Below are positions 1 through 15,000 of a DNA stretch of 64,000 bases, piece by piece. Under the pieces are notes generated by a model. The model worked only from the letters and a program-made list of their open reading frames with translations, ran no database searches and was not told the DNA's origin. This DNA is from Cyanophora paradoxa CCMP329 (taxonomy: Eukaryota; Plantae; Glaucophyta). The DNA is taken from positions 9,517-73,516 of the forward strand of contig QPMI01000684.1 in the NCBI GenBank assembly GCA_004431415.1, written 5' to 3'. The translations under genes and the position numbers were made by a program. Numbering within the stretch: the first letter of the stretch is position 1; each line of letters opens with the position of its first letter.

Positions 1-3000
1 GACGCCCGCCACGTGATTCTGACGCGAGCGTCAGATTAAGAAGCTTCAGCGCGCATTGCACCTTGAATTGAACTCGAATTTCGGCAATCTCGCACCGAAA
101 CTGCTGGCCCGGGAGGAGGACGGGGACGGGGCCGACGTCGAGGCGGGGCCGGGCGGGGTTGGCGACTGCGAAGGACCGGCTGGTGCTGCTCAGCGCCCCG
201 CCCCCGACCGCCACCTCCACCGAGTACTCGCCCGCCGGCACCTCCGGCCCCACCGTGTACGCGTAGCTCCCCGTATTCGGCGCCGCCTCCGCGATTGTCT
301 AGCCCCGCAAACTCAGGAGGAACCCGCGGCCGGCGATTTTCGCGTGGTGATTTCGCACCCTGAGGCGGCCGGCGGAGTCGACGAGGCGAATGGAGGCGGC
401 GAGGGCGGCCACATTGGCGAAGTCCCAGCGGATGGGCACCCGGGCGCCGACCGAGTAGCCCGTGCGCCCGTCGGGCAGCCGAACCACCAGGTACGCTGCC
501 GGCACCTGCCGCAAATATCAAACCAAGGCAGTGCGCGCCTCGCGTGAGCGGGCGCCGCGCTCCGCGAAAATCGCTACTAGCCCTCGCTGAAGGCGCCCAC
601 GTCCTCGAAATAGCCACCACTGCCCGCGAAAAAGCCTACAGCTACCGCCCCGCGCTCCGTCCTCTCCGCGAAAAGCCCTATTCGATACCGGCCGCCCTAC
701 TGCCAATCGCTAAAATCGCCGCCTTCCTTGAATCAAGCCCAGGCCAGGGCTCCCCCCACGGTAAAAATGCCGACGGTCCGGTAGGGTCCGAAAGTACGTA
801 TACGAATCCGGAGGCGCACCTCGAGGAGGACCTCGGTGGAGGCGGAGCGGACGGGCCGGCCGGCCGCCTGCGCGCTGATCTCGAAGAAGAAGAGGCCGGT
901 GCCCAGCGAGGGTGCCGGCGTGAATGTGAAGCTTCCCGAGTTCTCCCGCACGCACACCTGCCCGCGGGCCCGCCGCCCGCCCGGTCACGCGAGTTCGAGC
1001 GCTAGCCCTAGGCTGTTCGAATTCGGCGTGCTCGGCTTCTCACCGGCATCGGCTTTCCGACGGCAACGTTCGTGATGGTGACCTGTACCATCGCGCTCCG
1101 CGGCACGCCGGCGCTCGCCCAGCGGATCGTGTACGGCCGCCCCACGTACAGCTTCGGCTGCTCGACGGTGCCCAGCAGCGGCGCCGGCGCACGAAACACG
1201 AAGCCCGCTGCGGAGGAACGTCGACTCAGCAAAAAAGCAATCGCAGTCCAGCTGTAGGCCTAGGGCCTCCGAATCAGAACGCACGCTCGCAGGACCCGCC
1301 GATGCAGAATGGGTCCGTCTGCCCGACCACAGCGTCGGACGGGATCTCGGCCTGCGCGTGCACGAGGGCGCTCGCGCTCGGTTGGGTTGCAGAAGAAAGG
1401 AAAGAAGAGGGAGGCGCCTGGAGAACGTAGAGGCCGGCCTTGAGTGAGTCGGGCAGGCGCCAGATGAAGTCGCCGAAGAGGGTGCGGGCCGCCCCGGGGC
1501 CCGGGCCGCTGGCGGGCGCGAGGAGGCTGCGACGGCGGCGGACCTCGACGGTGGCGTTGCCGCCGGAGGCCGAGAGGCGGAGGAGGGGGGCGACGGGGGC
1601 GGCGGGGGAGGCGTCGGGGAAGCGGAGGAGGGAGAGGCGGGCGAGGGAAGTCGCCGCCCCCGGCGTCGGGTTCGACGAGGCCACCGTCTGCCCGGGACCG
1701 AAGGCCTCGTGAGCAAATTAAACGGCATCGAGCAGAGCCGGAGAAGGCGCGCGCACCAGCGGGCGCTCCTCGCCGGGCTGCCAGGAGGACTCGGCCGTCG
1801 GCCCCTCGACCCAGACGCTGTACGGCGCGACCGTGAACGCGTCGGACTCGGCCGAGGCCGAGGCGCCCCCGGCGGAGCTCGAGGCGACGGTGAGGCGGAG
1901 AAAGAGGGGCGCGGCGGCGGCGACGTCGACGTCGACGGTCCACACGAGGGATCCCGAGGAGGTCGACCGCGTCCCGTTGGCGACACGCTGCGCCGGGACT
2001 GGAAGTGAGCCGGAGCGGAGCGGAGCGAGGCACCGGGCGGAAGACGAAGATCGCGAGGGCGGCGGACCTGGACGAAGGAGCCGGCGGAGGCGTCGAGCAG
2101 GTCGACCGCGACGGCGTGCGGGGGCGGCAGGCCCCGCGTCGTCCACTCCAGCCGCAGCGCCGCCCCCGCCAGCACCGGCCCGCCGGCCGCGAGCGCCGGC
2201 GCCGAGAGGGCGACGGCGGGGGCGACGGTCTCGAGGACGCGGGCCGACTCGCCGGCGACGACGCTGAAGAGCTCGCTCTCCAGGAGCAGCGGCCCCGCGG
2301 CGCGGCCCGAGAGGGACACGACGACCTGGTAGAGGCCGGGCGGGCTGAAGCGGGGCAGCGCCGCGAGGCAGGCCCCGCCGTTTGCGCCGCTGCAGACCTC
2401 CACGGGGCCCATGGAGCCGTCCACGGGGAACGCGGTGACGGAGGCGGAGTCAAACAGGGCGGCGTCGGAGGCCCAGGAGGCGCGGATCGGCCCGCCGGCC
2501 ACCAGCACCGTCCCCGCCGTCGGGTACAGCACCTGCGCCGGCAGGTCCGCCGCCCTCGGGGCCGGGAAGTAGGGCGCCGTGGCGCGCATGTTGGCGAGGG
2601 CGGGCGGGTAGGAGGGCAGGCGGCCCGAGGCCCAGCCGGAGAGGCCGCCGGGGCCGAGGACGTGGAGGTCCCCCTGGTAGAGGAAGGCGGCGCGGGCGCC
2701 CGGCGCGGGGCCGGCGCCGGCGGGGGCGAGGCGCGTCCACGAGGCGAGGGCGAGGTCGTAGACGAAGAGGGCGGAGGGGTCGACGGGCGCCTCCGCGGGG
2801 CCCACGCCCCCCGTCACGAACACCTGCCCCGCCCGCGCTTCAGCAGGCTGCAGAGGCTTCCGAACGCACCCGTGAGCTGTTTTCGCGCCTGGGTGCCGGC
2901 GGAGGAGACCTGCAGGGCGGCGAAGGCGCGCGGGGAGGGCGGCTCGCCGGCCGCAGCCCGGAGCGCCTCCGCCGCCCGCGACGGGCGCGCCAGCCCCTCC

Positions 3001-6000
3001 GCGTCCGCCCGCACTCTGAAGCTGCGGGGCGGGGGGGGCAGATCGAACCGAATGAGCGGAGGCGGCGGGCCCGATCGCGAGGCACGCGCGGCGGCGGTCG
3101 CTGGCGGACAGGTCGTTAAAGTAGCGAGCGCTGCCGCTCTCCGAGCCAGAGCGGGAGACGCCGCCAAAGGTGTAGAAGAACGGGGCTCCGGGGCGCTGCG
3201 CCGAGGAGGCGGCCCCCGCACGGGCCGGGGCCGTGAAGGGCGCGGCGGCGGCGGCCCGCGTCCACGCGAGGGAGGCGAGGTCGAGCAGCCAGACGTCCGA
3301 GAGCGCCCCGCCCTCCCCGCCCTCCCCGCCCCTGCGAGCCCCGGGTTGGAGGCACGCTTTCTTTAAGCTTCGAGCACCGACTCAATTGCGAGGGGCGCAC
3401 GCGAGGAGGAGGGCGGTGCCGCTGAGGGGCACGAGCGTGGCGCCGGAGCGCGGGGCGGGCGCGTCGCCCGTCACGTTCAGCACCGCCCAGGACGCACCCA
3501 GCGAGTCGTACACGCGGAGCGCGCTGGAGCCCGCGGGGACACCCCCAAAGACTGCGGCGCGCGCGTGCAGATACATTTACGTCAGCCGAATATGCGAAAT
3601 GATGCAATGCATATGGGAGGCGGGCGGGGGCATGCACCGAAGACGAAGGGCTCGAGGCAGGCGTACGCGGGGGGCCCGGGGGCCTGCGCGCCCCGGCCGG
3701 TCTCCGGCTCGGGCTCGGGCGCCGGCTCCGGGACGGGGTCGCCCCAGGCCCCCCGCTGGAGGTCGAAGGCGCGGGCGACGGGGCGGCCGCCCCCGCCGGC
3801 GGCGAAGGCGAGCACGGCGGGGCTGAAGGCGCAGGCGTGCTCGTAGGGGGCCTCCCCCGCCAGCACCCGCGTCCACACCCCCGCCGCCCCGGCCCCCGCC
3901 CCCGGGTTCACAGCCCTGCCAGGCGCCGTCGGGAGGGGCAGCGAGGGCGCCGAGCTCTCGATTTCCATAGTTTTCTCAGCGCACTCGTCGGTGCCGTCGA
4001 GGGTGACGCCGTGGATGAGGCCCGCGGAGGGCGCCCCGTCCTCCACCGCCTCCCACAGCTTGATCGCCGCCTGCAGTGAAGTTTCGCCGACTCGGTCGTC
4101 CACCGAGTCGAAGGCGCAGAACCCATGCCATAGAAGAGCGCACCAGCATTGCGGGAGGGCCGTAGCCGAGGCTGACGGCGACCTGACTCGAGCGTGTTGC
4201 CTGCTGCCCGCCACCGCTTTGGAGCAGCCTCCGGCCGGTAGCGGGTGTGGAGGCGGCCGCACGCTCGGCGAGGGCGGCGGGGCGGGCGAGCCCGGCGACC
4301 TCGCCGACTCGGTCGAGGAGCTGGTTGAGGCCGACCGAGGCGACGGGGGCGCGCACGCTCGCCCGCACGGCCTCGGCCTCCCCGCACGAGGCGGCGAGGG
4401 GCCCGCGCTCCTCGGGGCGCGCCTGGCGGAGGAGGCACGTGCGCTGCTCGGAGGCGGCGCCGCCGCACCCGAAGTCGCGGGGCGGGCCCGCGGGGGCCCC
4501 CAGCGCGAACATACGGAAGCTCGAGAACGCGACCTGCCACCCCGCACGCAAGTGCATGCGTGAGCAAGAGGGTGGACCGAATTCGAGGGGGTTGGGGGCG
4601 GGGGCCGGGGCGGGGGCGGGCCCATCCGCGGGGCCGGGCAGTGCCGGCGGTGGCGAGGGTGAGGTTGAGCAGGCCGCACTCGAGCGCCTCCCCGAGCCGC
4701 CCCGACGCCCCCGCCGCCTCCCCCGCATTCATCGACGCGTTTGCGCCCGCCCGCCACTCTACCAGCTCCTGCGAAATCCGCCGTGGTTCATGCACATGCC
4801 CGAAGATAGGAATGTCGGATGGGAGGTATTCCCACCCGATTGGGCACCCGCGCAGTACTGCGCGGGGCCGGCTCCCTGTGCTGGAGCAGCTGTAGATGCA
4901 GGCTGGTGTATTCACTGTGTACCCGGAAGACTACTGACTCTGTACCCCTAAGACAGGTAGAGGCAGGCCAGCGTAGGCTACCGAGAGGTAAGCCTACAGG
5001 AAGAGAGACTATGCTAAGCCACTCAGGCTACGTCAGGCACCAACTAGCTCTAGTCACTAAGTCACCGCAAGGCCAGGGAATCGAGCCAGGCGACAACTCC
5101 TCTTCCGCTGACGTCGCGTCCGCGCGACGTAGCAAGTCAAACCGTGACTCTCGTCGGCATAACCGCAAGAGGGCGTCCCCAACTCCGCCGATGGGTGCAC
5201 CGCTCGAGGGCACCGACAGGCCCCAAGACGAGGAACCTGAGCCACAGCCCGAGGACAGGAATGCAGACAGCTGCAGGCCAGGTAGAAGGCCAGGTAGCTG
5301 TAGATCGATCCAGTCCAGGTCGTACGCTGGGCATGGCTGGTGGGGGGCAAATGCGTGCATGCGGGAAAGCTCGAAAGAGAAAAGCATAAAAACTCGAAAG
5401 GTGTAAACGCTGGCCCAAACTCACTCCAAACGGCGAGGGCCGCTGGAGAGTGGCACGGATGGGAAGTTTCACCGCCTCGGGAAGAAACCAGCGAGGAGGT
5501 ATTCGGGCCACCCATCAAGCCCAACGAAAGGACAGGGCACGTCCAGGTGCCCCTACTCGCAAGCGCCCAGTCCCCCCAAGAGACTCGCACGCGCCCAGCA
5601 GGCCAACACCTGGACACTCTCCACGAGCGCCGGGCCCATGTCCCAGAAAAGTGAACGAAAGACCCAGATGGCGCCCGCGAACGGTCCCCCAACCGAATCG
5701 CGTCCCACCTCGCAAGTCAGGGTTGAGGCAAAGCTGGCAAAGAAATCTGCCCTGCGTCCGTCTCTTCTCATCTCTAGCGTCGCCCTCGGCGTCCCACACA
5801 GGAACCCTCGGCGCCGACGTATGGGGCAAGGTATAGATTTGGTTCGGGACGTTTGGTTGGGAGTAGGGTCTGCTGAGGCTCGTAGGAGGTCCGTTTCGCA
5901 CGTCAAGAAGACGGGATTTGCGACTGCACATGCAGGCTTCCGATCCACAGCCAGCTGCAGCGTGCAGCTGCGTCGAGCGGAATATTTGAATCCGAGCTCA

Positions 6001-9000
6001 GACGGCGTTGGCGCAGCTGATGTGGATTTATGAAGCGTGCAGTCGACGTCGATGTGAGCGGCGACCTTGTATGCACTTGCACGTGCGTCTCGAGCTCGAG
6101 CTCGCGACCAGGTGCACGCGATAAAGGTACGAGCCCTTGAGCCGCACATCATCGAAGAGTAGAAATGCTTCGACGATCCCGTGACTGCGTTGGCGCTCCT
6201 GTCGAGGTCGCGCAGCTTGCAGTGCAGGGTCCAATCCGCGCGGCTCCCGGTTCTGATCGCTGGGACCACAGGGTGCACAGCTCAGCAGCTGCACCCTCGT
6301 GGTTGGATCACGAGGCCGACGGGCGAGTTGCCGAGCTCAACGCCTCAGCTGATCGCGGGCGAGCAGCCCTTCGCGACTGTCGGTGGGAGCATGCAAGGTT
6401 GGAGCTCGTGAAGCATACGCCAGGCCGTCAAGCACGCGCTACGGCGTGATCATGAGGGCTGCAGTGTACGCGTGTACGTAGAGCCGCGGCGCGGGATTCC
6501 CTGGAGGAGGTCCGGGTCCCTTGGCGGACGTACATCAGTGTACGCTGGTACTGGCGCTGTGTGTGGCCTGGGGCGAGAGATGGGGCGAGGACCCGAGACC
6601 GAGCCCTCGCGTTCGCGACGTGCGTGACATCGCAGCGCTCAGCTGCTGGCGATGAAGCCAGGTGTCGACGTCGACGCTCCAGCTAGACGCGGCCGTCAAT
6701 CGAAGGCGCGCGTGCTGGCCGCGAATCCCATCAGTCGTTCCCTCGGCCTGGTCTTCCTGGGATCCGGCCGCAGCCAGGCTCGTTGGCGAGCTTGGCGGGT
6801 CATGATCACGGGAAGGGGTTCTGCAGCGATCCGCGAGACTGCATGTTCGCGGTGCCGAGACCCTCGGATTTGCGACCGATTCGCCAGCCTTCGCCGTGGG
6901 CTCGTTTCGATCGCATCCCAATACCAGGCGATCAGGCGAAGCTGACGAACGGCGAATCCTTCAGAGACTCAGATCTCTTGATCGGGGATCCGAATTCGTG
7001 TTCTGTGCGTAGCCGGACCGCGACACGGCGTGCAGTCGGCTGCTGAGATCCGATTCCGATCCTTAGGAGGCCGCATCGGTGAGTAGTGCGAGCGAGTGCA
7101 CTGGCCGTAGCTGGGCTCTCAAGCTCTGTCGAAACAGCACTTGCCGGTCCGTTCCGGACACGGTCACTGGCTGTGCACGTAACAACAGGGCCTGAGGGCC
7201 ATCAGCCCAGTAGCATCGCCACCGATGGGTTTCCGAGGCGGAATGTGGTTCGCCAACGGCGAGACCTGGATCCCGGCGAGCCGCCGCGTGAGGAGACCTC
7301 AAGGCGGTTGGCTAGGTTCGCTCGCTTGTGCTCGATCAGCCTGCAGACGGCAGCGCGCGCTGGGGCGTACTGCTCCACAGCAGGTCTAGGCGCGACGTCG
7401 ACTGCATGCTCGAGTCTGATCATGATCCCGACTCCTCTTCCGCTGAAGAGGGGAAGTCGGGGCGTGGCAGGCATACGCCGATCGAGGAGGGGCTCAGGCG
7501 TCGGGCCAAGAGGCAGCCTTCGGCTCGAGCGCTTGTGCGCGTACTCCTCTTCCGCTGAAGAGCGGAAGCCGTAGCACGGCAAACTGCCTCCGATGCCACT
7601 CCCTCTTCGGTTAAGCACCGTCCCCGGTGCTCCACCGTACGCGTCTTCCGCGAAAATTTGGGCACGCTGAGGCCGCTGGGCCCGGGATCCGTGATTGGAT
7701 CGGGACAGCATGGCCGTGGTGAAGAAATTCGCGAGTGTGGGTGGAAAGAACGGAGAGGCGTGATCGTACACGACCGTATCCGTCTTTCTTTCGTTGTATT
7801 CCATGGCGTCCCGGGCCGCTTTGCTCTCGATTCGGGCTCAATCGAGCTCGAGGGGCAAGCGTGAGCCGCGGGGCCAGAGCGAGGTTGAATGGATGCTGGC
7901 TTCGATTTGAATTGAGTTGTGGGCAACTGAGCAATTGCGTCGGCCGGCCACGATTGTGCCGGTCGCGAGTCAATCGCACTGCAGTGCTCGCCGTTCGAAT
8001 TTCGCGATTCGATCGGACGCCAGTCGTGTCGAGCACGAGGGCATCGAGCCTCGGAGCTTCGAGTCTCGAGCGGTCGTCGATCAGCTCAAGGCCTGGGCCG
8101 AGCTTCCGAAACACGATTTTGCATATATAGCGCTCGGCTGTGTATGCTCGTGTCTGTTGGCCCGTGTTGCCGCTTTTCGCGGTTTTTAGGCCAGGCGCCG
8201 GGGCGCCATGCCAGCACCCAGATTTATGGGAGCGGCCTCAGTGAATGAAGCTGGTGACGGTGGGTGCGCCACTGCCGGGAATAAGATCCCGGGTCGCCAC
8301 CGCCCAGCGCGAAACGAATTTGACAGCTATGTCGAACTCGTTCGCTCGCAGGAGCGCCAGCTGCATGCAGCCGGGCCCGCGTGACTTGGTACGTGCAAAC
8401 GTCCGATGGTCCGGGTTGCGGGGCAGAATTTGAGAAAATCCGCGCCGCTGCTCGGGACGAGAGCCCGGCCGGCGGGTCGCCAGAGAAAATCGACGACTTT
8501 CGCCATGCTGGGCCCTCGCGAAATTTCGCGAGCCGAGAGGTACGAAATCGGCCGTGCGTGCGCGGTCCGACGGTCTGGCCTTCTCGAGCGGGCCGCGTAC
8601 GCGTAGCCTACATCTCGGTTCCGAGCCGCGCGCGGCGTCGGGGCGGAATCGCGAGATCGAGGTCAACCGTCGGACTCGGGTGAGTCGCGAGAGCCGTGAC
8701 CGCTTTAGTAAGCGTCAGAACCAGGCTCAGCGGCTGGTCTGAGGCTGAGGATGATGCATATGCTTGGCCGAAGGGCCGTGCAATGGCCGGGCCACTTGGC
8801 ATGGCCACGCACACGTGGGCGCGAAATTAAATTGCCGCACTCTGGTGCTGCAAACTTTTCGTGGCGTCGCGAAGTGATTCGCATGCACAGATCTAGAGGG
8901 CCGGGAAACGTCCGGCGCGAAGATTGTGCACGCGGGCGCCCTCACGTCCGCTGGCGTGCGCCGTGACGGCCTCGCCACCGCAGCAGCCGGCCACGGGCGT

Positions 9001-12000
9001 GCACTGCGGCCGCCGGGCACAAGTGCGTGTGCAGGGCGCGGCTGCGCATGCCGTGGTATTGATGGCTGGGCGCCAGCCGCCGTACGTAGTGTAGCAGCAC
9101 CACAGGGATCGGCAGGTGGGCGCCGCGGCGTGCAACCGACGCGATTGGTTCCCAGCTGCAGGAGCGGGACCGGTAGCGGCCGGTTGCAGGAGCCGTGCTC
9201 GTGCATACGAGCGTCAATATCGTGCCGACGATATCATGCACGATCGCAAGCGTTCCCTTAGCGGACCGGGGGCCGGGCCCCGGTGCTCTCGAGAGAACTG
9301 ACGATAGAGCTCTCGCTCGCTGTCTCGCAGTGGGCCGTGGCGGCTTTTGAGAGAGCAGACGATGAAGCTCAGCGGCTTTTGCTCGCTGTCTCTCGTTGGC
9401 CGTGGCGGGTGTTCCGGAGTGTGAAGCCGGCAGATTCCACCAGCTAGGTGGGAACGGCTTTCCGAAAATTGGATACCGTACGCGTGGCTTGTGCACGGGC
9501 CAGCCACTAGGGCTCGCTGTCGCGCAGATCGAGAACGGGCTGGGGATCATCGGATCCGGCGCCGCGCCCACGGTCCCGAATCATTGAATTCCGAATTCGA
9601 ATTGCGATGCTTTCGAATTTGGGTGCCGCAGTGCGGTCGACAGGTTCGCTTCGCTCGGTAGCGAATTACGATTTCTGCAGCTCATGCAGTCTTCCCTGCC
9701 TCATCCTCTCTCCCACCGCGTTTTAGCGGGAGGTCGAGGCATGAGCGTGCCGCAAGGCGGGTGGGGCTGAAGGCCGCGTGCGCAGGCTTGGCGGCGAGCG
9801 GCCGTGCCGAGCCCTGGGCCTGCCGCCGTGCGGTCGCGTGTAAATTTTGCGGGCCGGTCTGCGAGCCCTGAAGGCTGCGCTACGGTGCGAAAAATGCCTG
9901 CAGCCAGCACCAGCTGCAGCATCGCCGGGTTTGGCGAAGTGGTGCACAGGTTCCGGCTCAGGGCGGCGGCAATGCTCTTTTCGAGCTAGCGCTGCCCTTG
10001 GCGGCGCAAATCGCGACCGTACATTCGATTGCTGGATCGGCGCTCTGTAGCACGGCGCTCCATTACAGCGCCTCATCAGCGCTCGCCGAGCGGCGTGCCG
10101 GCGTTGGCAGAGAGAGCCGGGCGCTGTTCAGCGCAGCCGATCGTCCGTTCGCGATCGCGAGTCGACGTCGTTTCGCGAGTCGGTCCGGGGCCGCGGCCGT
10201 AACAGCGAGGAGCCCGAGCCACGGGGCCGTGTGCGCAGCCTCTTTGGGAAAGCTACCGCATAAGGGCTCAGGCTTCGAATTTTTCGCTGCGCTCAGCTCG
10301 GCTGCTCAGCGGCTGCATCCGATATCCGGTCGCGATATCGATGCATATGCTGTACATGTGGGCCTGGCCGGGGCTGAGACCCGCGCCTGCAACACACACG
10401 TGCACGTGCACGCGGTTTATGCAAGGTAGGGCTAGCCGTTTAGTTTTGTTTAACGGTTGCAGCCTTTATTCCCGCTGGCCATGGTGGCTGCGGCTTGAAT
10501 ATTTGTGGCGCTCGCGATCGGTGTCCGTGTCCACGGCCACGCGATTGCACGTGCAAAGACTTCACGGGGCATACTGCCGTGAGAAGCCAGGACGTCGTGC
10601 GCGACTCGACAAGCGGCTCTGGGGCCCGCTGTACGTTGTAGCGCTGGCCCACGCGTGGGAGCCCGACATTCGATTCCAGTCGCTAGCTTGACGCTCGCAA
10701 TTGGCCTCGGTCTCCCTGGGACTCGGGAGGACGAGTCGAGCCCGTTGCGAGCTTCGATATCGATTCGCGTTTGGGCCGGGGGCCACAATCCGCGTTCTCG
10801 TAGGGGCGAGGCCCTAATTCACAGCTTTGCGACGTCCAGCGATCGAGCGTGATCGTGGATTCGCGACGCGGATATTCGCGGGGCCTAGGCTCGCCGCGAA
10901 TTTCGCTGGGCTCGTGGCCGTGCCGGTTTTCGCAGGGCAGGCCGGTGCGGCCCGGTGGGGCTGGAATTCCGATGCGGGTCGCCACAGGCGCTTACGAGGA
11001 GGCCCTGGGGCGAGAGGCTCGCGAGGGGACATGCCAGGCGAGGGCTGAGGGCGGCCTGAAATTGCGACTACTCCGATCTCAGGCCTCGCAATTGCGCGGG
11101 CTCGAATGTGACGGGCCGTCCGTCAGATACGGGCTGGCCGGGCACTCCGAGGCTCGGAATATTCGATCGCGAATCTTTAGTCCGGTCCCGATTATCGGAT
11201 TTTCGCGATATCGAACGGGCACGGCTTCCGCAGTGCCAGCCCGGCGGTGGGGGCGGTCTAGATCTGGCAGAAGGGAGCCTGAGCTGCGAGCCCGGGCAAC
11301 CTCAGACCTCAAAAGGGCCGAGGGCCGCCTGCGATCGCAGCTGCTCCAAACCCGATCGCGAAGCTCGCGATCATCGGATAGTCGTTCCTTGCGATCCAAA
11401 TTCGCAGGCCGGCACCCTGAATCGGGGCAACGATTGCAAATTGACGGATCTCGATTATCGGATTCTCGCGGGTCATTGGACCCCATATGCATGGCCAGGC
11501 ACGTGCACGGCAGCCACAGGCGGGCTGGAGCGCGTGCGGCGGGCTCTGGGTTTAAATCCGAGCGAGCTAGCGTAACTTTGATTGTGAGCTCGAGCTCGCC
11601 TTGGCCAGAGGCGGCTCGAGACGACTTCGAAGCGCAGTGCCCGAGCTCCGAGGCTCGTTCACTGGTCGGGCTCGGAATTGGCTTAATTGAACCGTTCAAC
11701 GGTGGGCAACGAGACCACCGTGGCACGATGTCGGCGATCGCGAGGCGCCCGCGCATCGGGGCGCCAGGCGCATTGGACGCTTCGGCGCGGGGCGCGGGTG
11801 CCGCTGTCAGCTTCGGCCGCGGGCCCTGCCAGGCTGAGGGCAGGGCCTCCGGGACGCTGCCGCCAGCTGTTCGCAGGCAATTGCAAGCGCCGATCGTAGG
11901 CTGAGCTCGTCCTCTGGATTCGAGGCCAGGGACCGCAGCTATTTGCAGAGGACTTCCAGGGCTCCGGGCCCAGCGGCAAGCCGCGGCCGGCCGTGGACTG

Positions 12001-15000
12001 CGGGGCCCCGGGCCGAGGGCGAGGCCGGGCGGCCGTTATTTAACGGGGCCGTATACGCATCGGCTTGAATGTTTACAGGCGTTCGCATGGCCGTGCGATC
12101 ACGATCTGCGCCCACCAGCTGCCGCGGTGCGGGTGGGGGGGCAGAGCCAATATGCCATGATGCCTGGGGCCGGGCCGGGTGCCTCCGCCTCTGAGAGAGG
12201 GCGAGACTCAACGGGCTCAACGGCTCCGAGGCTCGAGTTCGAGGTCACGAGGCAGGCGGTCGCGACGTCGACGTCGACAGCGGGCCGGCGCCGTGCCGCG
12301 TGCACGGCGCTGTCGTAAGCGTGTACGTACACGTGACCAGCTTCGATCTCGAGCCGAGGGCGATCCCACGTTCACGGATCGGAGGCCGAGGCCGGGTTGG
12401 AACTTCGGAATTCAAAGTTCGATTTCAAGGCCCGCGATTTTGCGATCGGTCACCCGGGTCGGCGTAGGGCTGTGACCCGGCTTTGCAGCGCTCCTTGCTC
12501 GCAGCGGCGCGAGAGACGCTGTTCTCAGGCCTCTGGAGGCTCGTAGCGGCGCGAGATACAGGGCCGAGGCCTGGGGGCCGCAGGCCGATATCGATCGTGA
12601 GGCACGGCATTGGACGCGCGCGCGGGAACTCGAAGGATCCCGACGTCGCAGCACGCGAGATCAGCCATGGGCTCGATCCGTGCGCTGTGATAAGCGCCCT
12701 TGGTCCGGGCGTGCTGCGCAGCTTCGCAATCGCTCCTCTGACCATGGGGCCGGGGCCCGGCCGGCTTGAACGGCAGCTCGGCGATGCGAACGGCAGCTCG
12801 GCGGTCGCGACCCTTGACCGCGAAGGCGAGGGCAACCGCGAGGGCGAGTCGCTGAGCGTAATTCGATGGGGCCCGGCGGCCGAGACCGCGACCGACGGGT
12901 GTCGGCGGCCGAGACCGGAACGGCTTCGAATTTGTGCCTGGCGAAGCTCCAGACTCAGTTCATAAATTGAAACCGGGCCTTGGCACTGCCAGTCGCTCGC
13001 AGGCCTAGGGCTCAGCGGCTGTGGAGCCTCGGGGGCCTAGGCTGGGCAGCTCTGAGCCGTACGCGTGGTACAGTGCACGTGCACGTGCTCGTGCACGTGA
13101 CTTCCGGCCCTCAGCTCGCGGCTGAGCTCGAGCTGTACCCGCTGGCCCATGGCACGTGCACGCAGCGGCAACGTTAACGGCGGGAGCCGAACTCGCAGTG
13201 CCAGCAGGTCCTGATCATGAGAGCCGAAATCGACTCGTAACCGGATCCAGGGCTCGGAAGCGAGCTCGAGCTCGATCGCGAGGCGCCGGGCCGGGCGGGC
13301 CGCCGGGCGTTTGAGCTGGCACAGTGGCGGCTTGCTCCGAGGCTTAGTCAACCGGGGCCCAGAGCGTCGACGTCTCGCTCGAAAAGCAAGCGTGAGCTTC
13401 GGGGTCCGGCCCGGCAGATCCGGGTCTCGGCCTGACAGCTTCCAGTCCGGATCGGAGAGCCTCGGGATCCGGAGTTGAGAGCTTGCATCGAGCAGGCCAT
13501 GGCCAGGCCAGGTGCTGGCTCGCAGTGAGAGGTGCGCCGCGCGGCGCCCTCAATCTTGGGCCAGGCCCGACTGCGCATGCGGGGCGTCTTGCGCTTTTTG
13601 CGACAGCTGTAGGCAGAGAGCCTCAGCAACTCGGGTCCCTTTCGAGCCTGGGGCTCGTGACGGCGTGATTACGGTTTGAGCCGCGGGCCGGAGCTCGCCT
13701 CTCGAGCTCGAATCCGCAGTTGATATCGCCGTCGGCGCTAGCGCTAGCGCTAGGCTCGAGCTCAAGCTCTCGAGGACCATGGGGCCCATGCTAGGTAGCC
13801 AGGTGAACCTCGAGCTCGGGGCCGCATGGGCCGGCTGTGCGTGAAACGCGCCACTCTCCGAGGCTCGACGAGCCTCAGAAGTGCAGGCCGGGCCTCTAGC
13901 TCCGGGCCTGGTCGGGTAGCGGCTCGAATTCGAGCATCAAGGCCTCAGGATGCCGACCGGCGCTCCCGAATGCAGCACGCAGTGCTGCGGGAAGACCGTC
14001 GGACAGGCCTAGGGGCCGGTTGCGAGGCCTGGCGGCCCTGATCCGAGCTTGAAGCTCGTGCGGGGTAAATTTCCAATTTCGCAGTCAAGGCCCCGAAGGA
14101 GCTTGCTGCGAAACCTAAACGCTCAGCCTGGCTCTCGATCGCGACTGCAGTCGAGCAGCCTGGCAGCTTCGAGGCAGGCAGTCGCAATCGCGATGGGGTT
14201 CGCCGGTCGTGCGTGGGCCCGGCATCAGGGCATCAGCTCTGGCCCTCTCGAGCGTCTGGCGCGCACCCTTGAGCTCGAGCTCTGAGCTCGAGGCTAGGGG
14301 CTCTAGCCGCCGGTCGCAAAGCCGGCTGGTAGCTCGATATGCGGTTCAGCACTAGCGGATTCCAAAGCGGCGATAGCGGCCGGATTGGAGCCGGATGCCA
14401 GTTGCAATCAGCCGGGGCCGACATTAGAGCTTAGCTCTGCGGCCCAAATTACAGCTGGAGCCGGAAGCCGGAAGTGGGCCCAAATTACAGCTGGCCGCTG
14501 GGCGTTCGAGGCGGCCGATGCCGCCCGACCCAGAGCTTACTTAGTGGAACTCAGTGTCCGGTGCCATGTGCATGGCGCCGGCCATGGGCTGGCCTGGCAC
14601 GGCAGACCCCGGAACTCCGGCTTCGAATTCCACCCGATGCGGATATCGATCGGGAGTCAGCCGGTCCTCGGGATCGGCCGGCGAGCGCCAGTGGCGCGTG
14701 TTGTACTCGTCCCAGGGCTGCCACCTCAGGGCAGGGCCGCGGGGAAAGATCTCGTCAGGGTGCAGGGCCGCGGCTCGGCGAACCCTCGAGCGCCCCACCG
14801 ACGAGGTCCAGTCTCTGAGCGCTTTGGGACTTCCTCGGCAAGCGCGAGGGGAAAGTCGTTGGCGTCACAGGCGTCCGGCGGGCGGGCCCACCAGGCGGCG
14901 ACTCGTCGCCGGCCTTGCCCGGAGCGTCCCCGGCCGGGGTCGTCGGGCATCCCCTCGTCAGAGGGAATTTCGCGCTCCTCAGCGGCGGGGGCCCGGCCGG

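Noticed and set aside
10590-10645. RLDKRLWGPLYVV resembling an integrase GPY/F motif
   Set aside because: On the strand opposite to the PPT-defined orientation, with no DDE core nearby; may be chance.
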